NCBI GenBank assembly: GCA_964566505.1
Contig: CAZMIM010000001.1
Coordinates: 199,690-263,689 of the forward strand
Origin: an uncultured Candidatus Saccharibacteria bacterium
Lineage (GTDB): Bacteria; Patescibacteriota; Minisyncoccia; Phycocordibacterales; PCTT01
Length of the DNA stretch: 64,000 nucleotides
Direction of reading: 5' to 3'
Each line of letters begins with the position of its first letter. The first letter of the stretch is position 1. Shown one piece after another: positions 20,590 through 29,194 of this stretch. The position numbers and the translations under genes are program-made. The notes under the pieces were generated by a model that did no database searches, was not told the origin of the DNA, and worked only from the letters and a program-made list of their open reading frames with translations.

Positions 20590-20733
20590 TCCCGTAGTAT
20601 AAATTAGTTCGTTGAAGTAGTGTTAACTACTTCAACAGAGATTAATTAGATATACTTACGGGAAATGAGAGATAGACTTGGTTGTGTCGAAACCAACTTG
20701 TCTAATTAATCAAACTAATTTTTTACTACGGGA
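20590..20733 (+). mobile_element. Start-codon-abutting TIR element, copy B (144 bp)
   Basis: TCCCGTAGTA...TACTACGGGA; TGAA direct repeats at 20586-20589 and 20734-20737; identical to copy C. Confidence 0.85.
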
Positions 20734-21728
20734 TGAAATTCGACTTTGTATCAATCGGAGATATTGTTACAGACGCATTTATTGGTCTGCGCACAGACAA
20801 CACACAGGTCACATGTGATATCGATGGACGTCCATGCCAACTTTCAATAAATTTTGGTGACAAGCTTGAGTACAACACTCTTGATGTGATTCCAGCTGTG
20901 GGAAATAGCCCAAATGCATCGGTATCAGCACACCGACTTGGACTTTCATCTGCTCTCGTAACAAACATAGGAGATGATCGTTTTGGAAAAGAAGATTTAG
21001 AAGCACTCAAAAAAGAAGGTGTTTCCACAGATTTTGTAAAAGTTCATAAAGGACGACAGTCAAACTACCATTTCGTACTCCGGGTTGAGGCAGAAAGAAC
21101 CATTTTGGTAAAACACGAAGAATATACATATGAAATACCAAATTTTGATGAAGCACCTTCATGGATATATTTCTCATCAGTAGGAGAAAACTCAATTCCC
21201 TTTCATCACGAAATTGCTAAATACGTAACAGAAAATAATGTAAAGCTAGCGTTCCAACCTGGAACATTTCAAATAAAGCTTGGGTACGAAAAACTTAAAG
21301 ATGTTTATGGGGCTTCAGAACTATTTTTCTGTAACAAAGAAGAGGCTAAAAGAATCCTCAAAACAGACACAGATGACATGAAAGAAATACTAAAGGAAAT
21401 GCATGCACTAGGGCCATCTATAGCAATCATTACTGATGGTCCAAAGGGCGCATATGCATATGACGGAAAAGAGGGGTGGCACATGCCGATGTACCCAGAC
21501 CCAGCACCTCCTGTAGACAGAACTGGTGCCGGTGACTCTTTCTCATCTACTTTTACCTCAGCTTTGGCGCTTGGGCACGACATACCAACAGCTCTTTCAT
21601 GGGGGCCTATCAACTCTATGAGTGTAGTTCAACATGTTGGTGCACAAAAAGGACTTCTATCGCTTGAAGAGCTTAAAAAACACCTTGAAAACGCACCAGA
21701 AGATTACAAACCTGAGAAAATCATATGA
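20733..21728 (+). CDS. PfkB-family carbohydrate kinase
   Basis: DRTGAGDSF signature, ITDGPKGA; divergent from fba. Confidence 0.92.
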   Translation: MKFDFVSIGDIVTDAFIGLRTDNTQVTCDIDGRPCQLSINFGDKLEYNTLDVIPAVGNSPNASVSAHRLGLSSALVTNIGDDRFGKEDLEALKKEGVSTDFVKVHKGRQSNYHFVLRVEAERTILVKHEEYTYEIPNFDEAPSWIYFSSVGENSIPFHHEIAKYVTENNVKLAFQPGTFQIKLGYEKLKDVYGASELFFCNKEEAKRILKTDTDDMKEILKEMHALGPSIAIITDGPKGAYAYDGKEGWHMPMYPDPAPPVDRTGAGDSFSSTFTSALALGHDIPTALSWGPINSMSVVQHVGAQKGLLSLEELKKHLENAPEDYKPEKII

Positions 21729-22237
21729 TGAAAAAAGCAGAAAAACTCAGAAACCAAATATGTGAGACAGGGTTTACAAGTGTTCCAGAAAAAGAATACG
21801 GGCCACTATACAAAGAGCACCTATTGCGACAATATGATATTTATATAAAAACGCTCAATCACACCAGTGATGTAAAGCAAAAAGTAAATTCTTTCTTCCT
21901 TACACTCCACACTCTTCTCATCACTGCAATGGGTATTTCGTTTACCCAAGAAAATCCTTTTATTTCCAATGGTGGCCAGTTTGCACTTCCGTTAGTAGGA
22001 ATAATTATTTGTATTATTTGGTGGGCAATTGTGTACTCATACAAACAGAGAAGTATAGTTAAGACAACGGTTGTACAGTGTGTGGAAGATTATCTTCCAC
22101 TATCTCTCTACCAAGTGGAGTGGAAAATGCTAAAAAGCAGACATGGAGGATTTCGGTATCATTTCTTTAAAATAAGTCTCCTTATTCCTTGGGTGTTTAT
22201 TATTCTCTACGCCTTCATCCTTATCTTTTCAGTTTAA
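21725..22237 (+). CDS. 2-TM membrane protein resembling the RipA-like family
   Basis: QY..Y....NSFFLTL...WW...SYKQ....K.....E..LP.....EW pattern, recognised from memory only. Confidence 0.55.
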   Translation: MMKKAEKLRNQICETGFTSVPEKEYGPLYKEHLLRQYDIYIKTLNHTSDVKQKVNSFFLTLHTLLITAMGISFTQENPFISNGGQFALPLVGIIICIIWWAIVYSYKQRSIVKTTVVQCVEDYLPLSLYQVEWKMLKSRHGGFRYHFFKISLLIPWVFIILYAFILIFSV

Positions 22238-22799
22238 TAACCTCTTTATATCGAAAGCAGTCAACTGTGTGATCATTCACGAGCCCTGCCGCCTGCATGA
22301 ATGCGTATATAGTAGTAGAGCCCACAAACTTCATTCCTCTCTTCTTTAAATCTTTTGATAGAGCATCAGACTCTTTTGATGTAGTGGGTATATCTTTTTG
22401 TGTTTTACATTTGTTTATTTTTGGCGCACCTCCTACAAAACCCCAAATATAATCAGAAAAGCTTCCAAACTCTTTTTGTATTTCCTGAAACACTCGAGCG
22501 TTTGTAATTGCTCCTTCTATTTTTAATCTATTTCTAATAATTCCTGCATCTTTTAGAAGTTCTGTTTTCTTTTTCGCGTCATATTTTGCGATTTTTTTAT
22601 AGTTAAAATTATCAAACACTTTTTTAAAATTTGCTCGTTTGTGTAAAATTGTTCTCCACGAAAGACCAGCTTGGAATGTATCCAAGAGCATATATTCGAA
22701 TAGCTTCTTGTCGTCATAGCATGGCACACCCCACTCTGTATCGTGGTAGGCAATCATAAGCCCATCACTTTCCTGTGGCCAGATACATCTATTTTTCAT
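22221..22799 (-). CDS. tag: DNA-3-methyladenine glycosylase I
   Basis: RC.W, YHDTEWG, FQAGLSW, GIIRNRLKI, NDH..DC. Confidence 0.95.
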   Translation of the reverse strand: MKNRCIWPQESDGLMIAYHDTEWGVPCYDDKKLFEYMLLDTFQAGLSWRTILHKRANFKKVFDNFNYKKIAKYDAKKKTELLKDAGIIRNRLKIEGAITNARVFQEIQKEFGSFSDYIWGFVGGAPKINKCKTQKDIPTTSKESDALSKDLKKRGMKFVGSTTIYAFMQAAGLVNDHTVDCFRYKEVIKLKR

Positions 22800-22942
22800 C
22801 CCGTAGTAAAAAATTAGTTTGATTAATTAGACAAGTTGGTTTCGACACAACCAAGTCTATCTCTCATTTCCCGTAAGTATATCTAATTAATCTCTGTTGA
22901 AGTAGTTAACACTACTTCAACGAACTAATTTATACTACGGGA
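22799..22942 (-). mobile_element. Start-codon-abutting TIR element, copy C (144 bp)
   Basis: Exact reverse complement of 20590-20733; TTCA direct repeats on both sides; ends at the A of the tag ATG. Confidence 0.85.
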
Positions 22943-23020
22943 TTCATAGGAATAATAATATCATCACTTTTATGATATATTGATTTTAGTTCGCACCTCT
23001 AACACAAAAAGGTATATTCA

Positions 23021-23224
23021 ATGAACACGCCAACATATCTGCTTGTTACAAAAGCGCTGAAGATGACAGGGCTCAGTATTGCACTTTTTATCTTATGGGT
23101 CATTCTCATAGGATCAATTTTTGGAGAAACCTTTTCTCAAATGCCCCTATACGCTGGAATTGCTCTCAACTTTGGCGGCGCTGGTATTGGCACCTGGCAA
23201 ACAATCAAAATGCTGGGTACATAA
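23021..23224 (+). CDS. Small 2-TM hypothetical protein
   Basis: 67-aa hydrophobic ORF with its own terminator. Confidence 0.6.
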   Translation: MNTPTYLLVTKALKMTGLSIALFILWVILIGSIFGETFSQMPLYAGIALNFGGAGIGTWQTIKMLGT

Positions 23225-23242
23225 ACATGTGCCCAAAAACAC

Positions 23243-23272
23243 AACGGCTCAACTTTTTTAAGTTGAGCCGTT
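23243..23272. terminator. Terminator hairpin, AACGGCTCA family
   Basis: AACGGCTCAACTT/AAGTTGAGCCGTT between convergent genes. Confidence 0.7.
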
Positions 23273-23277
23273 TATCT

Positions 23278-24300
23278 TTATAACCCTTCTACTCGCCCGA
23301 GTTTGAAGCTTTCTGCGTGCGTAATGATTCTATTCATAAAAGAAACTGCCTCTACTGGATATTTACCAGATGCAGTTTCGTCAGATAGCATAACAGCACT
23401 TGAGCCGTCATATACTGCATTTGCAACATCTGAAACTTCTGCTCGTGTTGGTTCTGGGCTATTCACCATAGAAAGCATCATTTGTGTTGCCGTGATGGCG
23501 GGTGTGTCATGCCAGCGTCCATTTCTAATCATGTGCTTCTGAGTAAACGGAAGTTCCTCTACAGGTATTTCAACTCCCAAATCACCACGTGCAATCATGA
23601 TTGCGTCTGATCCTTGAATAATTCCATCCATATTATCCACAGAAAGCCTTGTCTCCATTTTTGCAATAACTTTTGCTTTACCTCCAATCATTTCTTTGAG
23701 CTCAAGAACATCTCCTTCATCTTGAACAAACGATATAGCAACAAAATCTACACCTTGAGATAACCCAAATAATACATCTTTTTTATCTTTTTCTGTTAGG
23801 CCAGATAGAGACAGTCGTGTGTCGGGTACGTTAACAGATTTACGTGAATACAAAACTCCGGCTTGAGTAACTCGAGCATAAATACGACTATCATCAACCT
23901 CTGTTACAACCAGCTTTATTGCTCCATTTGCAAGATATAGAGGTTGTTCAATCTTAATATCGCTCACCAGACTTTTGCTGTCTATAAATATTGCTTCTGT
24001 GTCATCTTGATTTATAGAAAATATAACATCCTGTCCATATGAAAGATGTACTCCTTCGTCAGATACTTTTCCCACACGAATACGGGGCCCTTGGAGATCC
24101 TGAAGAATCTTCACATTTAAGTTGTGTTTTTTGTTTATGTCTTCTATTTTTTCTTTACGAGCTAAAAACTCTTCTTCTGTACAATGTGAAAAGTTCATTC
24201 TTGCTATGTCCATCCCAGCAAGTGCAAGCTTTTCTAATGTTTCATATGATTCTGATGTTGGTCCAATAGTTGCTATTATCTTCGTTTTTCGTTTATGCAT
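23278..24300 (-). CDS. pyk: Pyruvate kinase lacking C-terminal domain
   Basis: TKIIATIGP, RMNFSH, DLQGPRIR, ARGDLG, TATQM, PTRAEVSDV, MLSDETA. Confidence 0.93.
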   Translation of the reverse strand: MHKRKTKIIATIGPTSESYETLEKLALAGMDIARMNFSHCTEEEFLARKEKIEDINKKHNLNVKILQDLQGPRIRVGKVSDEGVHLSYGQDVIFSINQDDTEAIFIDSKSLVSDIKIEQPLYLANGAIKLVVTEVDDSRIYARVTQAGVLYSRKSVNVPDTRLSLSGLTEKDKKDVLFGLSQGVDFVAISFVQDEGDVLELKEMIGGKAKVIAKMETRLSVDNMDGIIQGSDAIMIARGDLGVEIPVEELPFTQKHMIRNGRWHDTPAITATQMMLSMVNSPEPTRAEVSDVANAVYDGSSAVMLSDETASGKYPVEAVSFMNRIITHAESFKLGRVEGL

Positions 24301-24462
24301 TTTAAAAAAATAAATAGTAAAGAGAAGTCCCATCATAATACGGAACTCCTCTTTTACATAATTGTGGAAAAATACATCAAAATTAGCATTTTTGTAATAA
24401 GTATTTTTGACAAAAGCAATAAACATTTATATGTTAGACAAGACGCACATTCAAAATAAAAG

Positions 24463-24795
24463 GTGGACAACATGACTATCGAGAGATTTGTTAGCCCAAT
24501 TAAAGAAATGGGAAGAAAACTTGGGTATATTATGTTCTGGTCATTCTATTGTGGACTCCTGAGCGCTACGCGTATGACAATGGGTGTAATGATTTTTTCT
24601 TTAATAGCAACGTTAGTGATGACGCTGTCTAATTGGTTATTTTTTTCAACACCCTGGACACAATTTACAGTAGCTTTTGTTTTCATTCTACTGGGAATTT
24701 ATCCATCAATTAAAATACACAAACTGTACAAGAAACAGGTTGAGTATTTTATACAGACAGCCGTCCCAAAAGAATTTCACAACCTTCTTTACTGA
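24463..24795 (+). CDS. Hypothetical membrane protein
   Basis: 110-aa hydrophobic ORF followed by hairpin 24810-24839. Confidence 0.6.
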   Translation: MDNMTIERFVSPIKEMGRKLGYIMFWSFYCGLLSATRMTMGVMIFSLIATLVMTLSNWLFFSTPWTQFTVAFVFILLGIYPSIKIHKLYKKQVEYFIQTAVPKEFHNLLY

Positions 24796-24839
24796 GGGTT
24801 GCTGTAAATAAAAAGCGAACCTGCCTCGGTTCGCTTTTT

Positions 24840-24862
24840 TTATTCACTTATATATTCAAATC
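24840..24862. repeat. 23-bp direct repeat (22/23 identical) of 25258-25280, the 3' end of the DUF1653 gene
   Basis: TTATTCACTTATATATTCAAATC vs TTATTCACCTATATATTCAAATC. Confidence 0.8.
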
Positions 24863-24916
24863 GTGGTTTTTATGATACTTTAAAAAAGAAAAAACTCTCA
24901 ACAAAACAGAGTAATA

Positions 24917-25219
24917 ATGATGTTCCCAATAGATGTTAGTTCCTTCTCTCTTACTAAACGTTTTATTTGCCAAGCAATATCAACCATTTACTATTTTGTT
25001 GTATTTGCTTTTTTCTGGATTACTGAGGCATATTTATTTTTAACTTTCTTTAATGTAGATACAGTCGCAACTATTGTTGCAGAAAATGCTACGGCTCTAT
25101 ACATTATTAATGCAATAGGCACTTTCGCATTTTGTATACATTTTCCAATCTTTACCGGCTTTCGTGGCAAGTTAAGAAAAAGAATTGAAGAATATAACAA
25201 TAAACACTATCGCTCTTAA
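24917..25219 (+). CDS. Hypothetical 2-TM membrane protein
   Basis: 100-aa ORF between the 23-bp direct repeats. Confidence 0.6.
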   Translation: MMFPIDVSSFSLTKRFICQAISTIYYFVVFAFFWITEAYLFLTFFNVDTVATIVAENATALYIINAIGTFAFCIHFPIFTGFRGKLRKRIEEYNNKHYRS

Positions 25220-25225
25220 ATAAAC

Positions 25226-25254
25226 AAACGGCTCATTTTGAAAATGAGCCGTTT
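25226..25254. terminator. Terminator hairpin, AACGGCTCA family
   Basis: AAACGGCTCATTTT-G-AAAATGAGCCGTTT. Confidence 0.7.
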
Positions 25255-25257
25255 ATC

Positions 25258-25473
25258 TTATTCACCTATATATTCAAATCTCTTTGTTTGCTTTCCGTCT
25301 ATTTCTACCAACTCTTCAAACATCGCAATTGGTCGAACCCACAACTTAGACATATCATTGTCATATTGCGCTTCGTATACCACCAGGTCTTCAAGTGTTT
25401 CTGAGTGCTTTGCTACGCCCAACACTTTATACATCCTCCCTGATTTTGAGTGTTTATATAGTCCTGTTTTCAT
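25258..25473 (-). CDS. DUF1653 domain protein
   Basis: G.YKH.K...Y.V..VAKHSETLE.LVVY...WVRP..MF. Confidence 0.9.
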   Translation of the reverse strand: MKTGLYKHSKSGRMYKVLGVAKHSETLEDLVVYEAQYDNDMSKLWVRPIAMFEELVEIDGKQTKRFEYIGE

Positions 25474-25518
25474 ACTTTTTGCAATTATTAATTAATATGT
25501 TTTGTTTATTAAAACATA

Positions 25519-26246
25519 TTATTTTTTACCATCAATGATATTTAGAATATCTTCTGCAGAAGATTTACCGAGTGTAGATTCAAATAGTTTTAATGTGTCT
25601 AACTCATACAGCAACACGAGAACTTGGACTACTAATGTTCCAAAAATTGCTTTCATTATAGAATCAACTAACATTTCATAACTTGGAACAAAAAGAAGTG
25701 ATACTAGTAGCAAAATTGCCAAAAAATTCACCAACATCCACTCTTGAGAAGGCATTCTTTCTACTTGCAACGAAACCATTCTCTTACGGGCGAGTTGCAG
25801 TGAATCAAGACTTGCGATCATATTACTAATCGTTTCATTTTTTACAGACGGAAGATTTTCATCACCACCAGTATCTGAAAGTAAGTTTCCCAAAAGAAGT
25901 AATGGTGTTTGATTTATTTACAAAATGATAATCCCACTGACCCGTGCTTAAAATCTTGCTGTAGTGCTTCTTGATGATTTCACCAGCCTTTTTTTTGAGA
26001 AGACTTACTAAGTGTTTCAAAACTTCTATATAGAGCTGATATATTGCCGTCAAACTCAGATATTGTTGATCTAATGTTGTTATATCTATTGTTTTGTCTC
26101 GAAACAAAAAATCCTGTCAAAATCGCAAATATAAAAGTTGAAATTGTCATAAATGTCGATACAGACTCAGATCCAATCTGAATCGGTACAAAGAAATATA
26201 TTATGGCCAAAACTATAAATATAAGACCCGAATGATAATTATTCAT
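25519..26246 (-). pseudogene. Membrane protein (DUF4239-like) split by two +1 frameshifts
   Basis: Three overlapping frames join at an A8 run (25989-25996) and TTTTGGG (~25889-25895). Confidence 0.65.
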
Positions 26247-26275
26247 GTAATATTAATTAAAATAATCTAATAATT

Positions 26276-27256
26276 TTATTTTCGTTTTAATACTCTATTT
26301 ATAGCTTTTTCTATATCACTCTCTTCCATACCATAGTGAGCAATGAGTTCTTCTGGCTTACCTGACTGTCCAAATACATCATCTACACCAACAAACTCAA
26401 TCGGCACAGGGTTTTCACGAGCAAGTACCTCAGCAACAGCGCTCCCCATACCGCCTGCTTTTTGATGCTCTTCTACAGTTACTACTGCTCCTGCTTTTTT
26501 AGCAATAGCAATAACCGCTTTTTCATCAAGAGGTTTTATTGTTGAGAGATTAAGAACACTTATAGCAACCTCATCTTTTAGTGATTCTGCAACACGAAGA
26601 GCTTTGTACACCAGTGCACCAGTTGCAACCACTGCAACTTCTGGCTTTTTTGATTCCCAAAATAGCTCTGCCTTTCCTATCTTAAATGGAGTTTTCTCTG
26701 TTGTAATAATTGGAGTTTTCTCTCGTGCAAGACGAAGATATGTAGGGGAGACAGTTTTAGCACACGCTATTGTTGCTTTTTTTGCTTCAATTGCATCACA
26801 TGGTGAAATCACAACCATTCTTGGAATTACTCGCATAATGGCAATATCCTCTACTGCTTGGTGCGTTCCTCCATCAGGACCCACAGAGACGCCTGCGTGT
26901 GAGCCAGCAATTTTTACTGGCACATTGTTATAGCAAATAGTGGTGCGAATCTGTTCCCAGTTCCTACCTGGTGAAAACATTGCATAACTTGTGATAAATG
27001 GAATCTTGCCCATTGCTGCCATTCCAGACGCCACAGACGCCAGATTTTGCTCAGCAACACCTATTTGGATATATCGCTCAGGAAATGACTTTGCAAATTC
27101 TGTCATACGAGTAGAGTCGGTTAAATCTGCGCAAAGCCCCACTACTTTTTCATCCTTTTTACCCGCTTCAAAAAGCCCTTCTCCAAATCCATTTCGAATA
27201 GGAGTCATGTCTGTCTCATCTGTAAATATTTTTTTATTTAGAGTTTTATTTATCAT
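26276..27256 (-). CDS. Transketolase, C-terminal subunit
   Basis: GVAEQN, GPDGGTHQ, YLRLAR, VEEHQ..GG. Confidence 0.93.
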   Translation of the reverse strand: MINKTLNKKIFTDETDMTPIRNGFGEGLFEAGKKDEKVVGLCADLTDSTRMTEFAKSFPERYIQIGVAEQNLASVASGMAAMGKIPFITSYAMFSPGRNWEQIRTTICYNNVPVKIAGSHAGVSVGPDGGTHQAVEDIAIMRVIPRMVVISPCDAIEAKKATIACAKTVSPTYLRLAREKTPIITTEKTPFKIGKAELFWESKKPEVAVVATGALVYKALRVAESLKDEVAISVLNLSTIKPLDEKAVIAIAKKAGAVVTVEEHQKAGGMGSAVAEVLARENPVPIEFVGVDDVFGQSGKPEELIAHYGMEESDIEKAINRVLKRK

Positions 27257-27648
27257 TAATTATCAGATAATTTCTCAATTCTATGTTTTTTCTTTATTTG
27301 CCAATATGCCTTATCCCTTCCAGATCCACTATCTCCGATTTTCATTAATTCAGCAGGATATTTTTTCTTCGCTTTTTCTAACTTCTCTCTAATCATCTTT
27401 TCTGAATCTAAACCAAGAAGAACAGATAATTCTAAGCAATAAATAATTACATCTGGTATTTCGTCTCTTAATTCTTTCATTTTTTCGGAATTATTTTTTA
27501 CTTCTTCTATAGATGCGCTTTCCCATTGAAAAATCTCTAAAAGCTCAGCAGCTTCAATGCTAATAGATTTAACCAAATCAGAAGGGTTTAAATTATCCCA
27601 ACCTCTTTCTTTCAAATATTCTAAAATATCTTTTTCTAAATCTTTCAT
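27256..27648 (-). CDS. MazG-like nucleotide pyrophosphohydrolase
   Basis: ERGW, SISIEAAELLEIFQW, DEIPDV, KKKYP. Confidence 0.85.
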   Translation of the reverse strand: MKDLEKDILEYLKERGWDNLNPSDLVKSISIEAAELLEIFQWESASIEEVKNNSEKMKELRDEIPDVIIYCLELSVLLGLDSEKMIREKLEKAKKKYPAELMKIGDSGSGRDKAYWQIKKKHRIEKLSDN

Positions 27649-27653
27649 ACAAT

Positions 27654-28523
27654 TTAATCAAGGTGGCTTGCTTCGATTGTTCCTCGAAGTGTTCGTAGTT
27701 CATTTATGGCCATTTTTCCCTCACTATCACTTGGTGGTTTGCCGTGCCATTCTGCTTTTCGCATAAACTCTTTCACACCTTTGCCTGGAATGGTATGTGC
27801 AATAATCACTGATGGTTTTTCAAATACTGCATGCGCTTGCCCAAATGCAGAATGAATCTCTTCAAAATTATTACCATCTATTTCTATTACATGCCATCCA
27901 AATGATTCCCATTTTGCATCAAGTGGCTCAAGAGGCATTACATCTTCTGTATTTCCGTCAATCTGAATATTATTTCTATCAATCACCACAACAAGGTTAT
28001 GAAGTTCTTCTTTACCTGCAAGCATCGCCGCCTCCCAGCTCTGCCCACAATCAAGCTCTCCGTCACTCATGAGGCAGTAAAAATGCTTATCGCTTGTTTT
28101 TCCGTTGTCAATTCTCTCAGCAAGCGCCATTCCAACTGCTTGTGAAAGTCCTGAGCCAAGCGGACCAGATGATGTTTCAATTCCTGGCAAATACTCTTTG
28201 TGGGGGTGCCCTTGGAGTCGTGATTTAAATTTTCGCAAAGTAGACAACTCTTTTACTGGAAAATATCCAGAGTGCGCCATGGTCGCATACAAAACAGGGC
28301 AAATGTGTCCGTTTGAAAGAATTACTCTGTCTCTATCAGTCCATAGTGGATCTTTTGGTTTATGATTTAATCTTTCAAAATATAGATATGTAAAAATATC
28401 TGCCATACCAAGAGGGCCTGCGGTATGTCCTGAGCCAGCCTCTACAAGCATCTCTATAATAGATGTACGTATATCATTTGCTTTTAGCTCTAGTTCTTTT
28501 ATTCGTTCGTCGCTTAGATGCAT
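27654..28523 (-). CDS. Transketolase, N-terminal subunit
   Basis: GSGH, DRVILSNGH, LQGHP, SDGE...N TPP motif, WHGK. Confidence 0.93.
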   Translation of the reverse strand: MHLSDERIKELELKANDIRTSIIEMLVEAGSGHTAGPLGMADIFTYLYFERLNHKPKDPLWTDRDRVILSNGHICPVLYATMAHSGYFPVKELSTLRKFKSRLQGHPHKEYLPGIETSSGPLGSGLSQAVGMALAERIDNGKTSDKHFYCLMSDGELDCGQSWEAAMLAGKEELHNLVVVIDRNNIQIDGNTEDVMPLEPLDAKWESFGWHVIEIDGNNFEEIHSAFGQAHAVFEKPSVIIAHTIPGKGVKEFMRKAEWHGKPPSDSEGKMAINELRTLRGTIEASHLD

Positions 28524-28524
28524 A

Positions 28525-29193
28525 TTATAGTGAAGAGAAATATTCAATCGTTCCGGCAATATCGCCAGAGTTAAAAATAGCAGAGCCAGAAACCAATTTA
28601 TCGACTCCCGCCTCTACAAGCTTTGGAGCAGTTTCTTTATTTACTCCAATATCAACAGCAATTGTACCACGGTAGATACTTCGTAAATCTTTTACTCGTG
28701 TGTATACCCGCTCATCAAGCTCTACTCCATGAAATCCAATCTTGTCACTGCCCATCATTTGTACTGAATCTGCATATTCAAGATAGGGAAGAAGAAGCTT
28801 GATATCAGTAGAAGGACGAATCGCAATACACACTCGCACACCCCTATCATGTGCCCTTTTAATAATGCCTTCCATGCTTTGTGTGCTTTCTATGTGAACA
28901 ACAAGAAGTTTTGCTCCAACATCTATAAAGTGATCTAGAAAATATTGTGGATCTTGCACCATCAAATCAAGCTCAAAATCAATCTCTGTCATTGCTTTCT
29001 TATTTTCATGCATGTCTTGGAACTCTGCCCTACTTTCCTGATTTAGAAATGGCCAGCTAGGCTTTGGAGTGTATAACCCATCCATAACATCAATCTGCAC
29101 ACGCTCAACACCACTGACTTTTGAAACATGTTCAGTAATGTCAGGAAAAGATTCCGGAATAATAGCCGGAACCACAGAAACTTTGCGCCCCAT
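28525..29193 (-). CDS. rpe: Ribulose-phosphate 3-epimerase
   Basis: QIDVMDG, DLMV, VDIGV, VSGSAIF. Confidence 0.88.
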   Translation of the reverse strand: MGRKVSVVPAIIPESFPDITEHVSKVSGVERVQIDVMDGLYTPKPSWPFLNQESRAEFQDMHENKKAMTEIDFELDLMVQDPQYFLDHFIDVGAKLLVVHIESTQSMEGIIKRAHDRGVRVCIAIRPSTDIKLLLPYLEYADSVQMMGSDKIGFHGVELDERVYTRVKDLRSIYRGTIAVDIGVNKETAPKLVEAGVDKLVSGSAIFNSGDIAGTIEYFSSL

Positions 29194-29194
29194 A

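Noticed and set aside
20665-20709. Internal 14-codon ORF (MRDRLGCVETNLSN) in element copies B and C
   Set aside because: The frame is not preserved in copy D.
23243-25254. AACGGCTCA...TGAGCCGTT hairpins as integron attC sites
   Set aside because: Only about 30 bp, no proper RYYYAAC/GTTRRRY boxes or extrahelical bases, and no integron integrase; they fit terminators.
25880-26000. Programmed -1 frameshifts at AAAAAAG and GGGAAAC
   Set aside because: Both junctions need a +1 shift, not -1.
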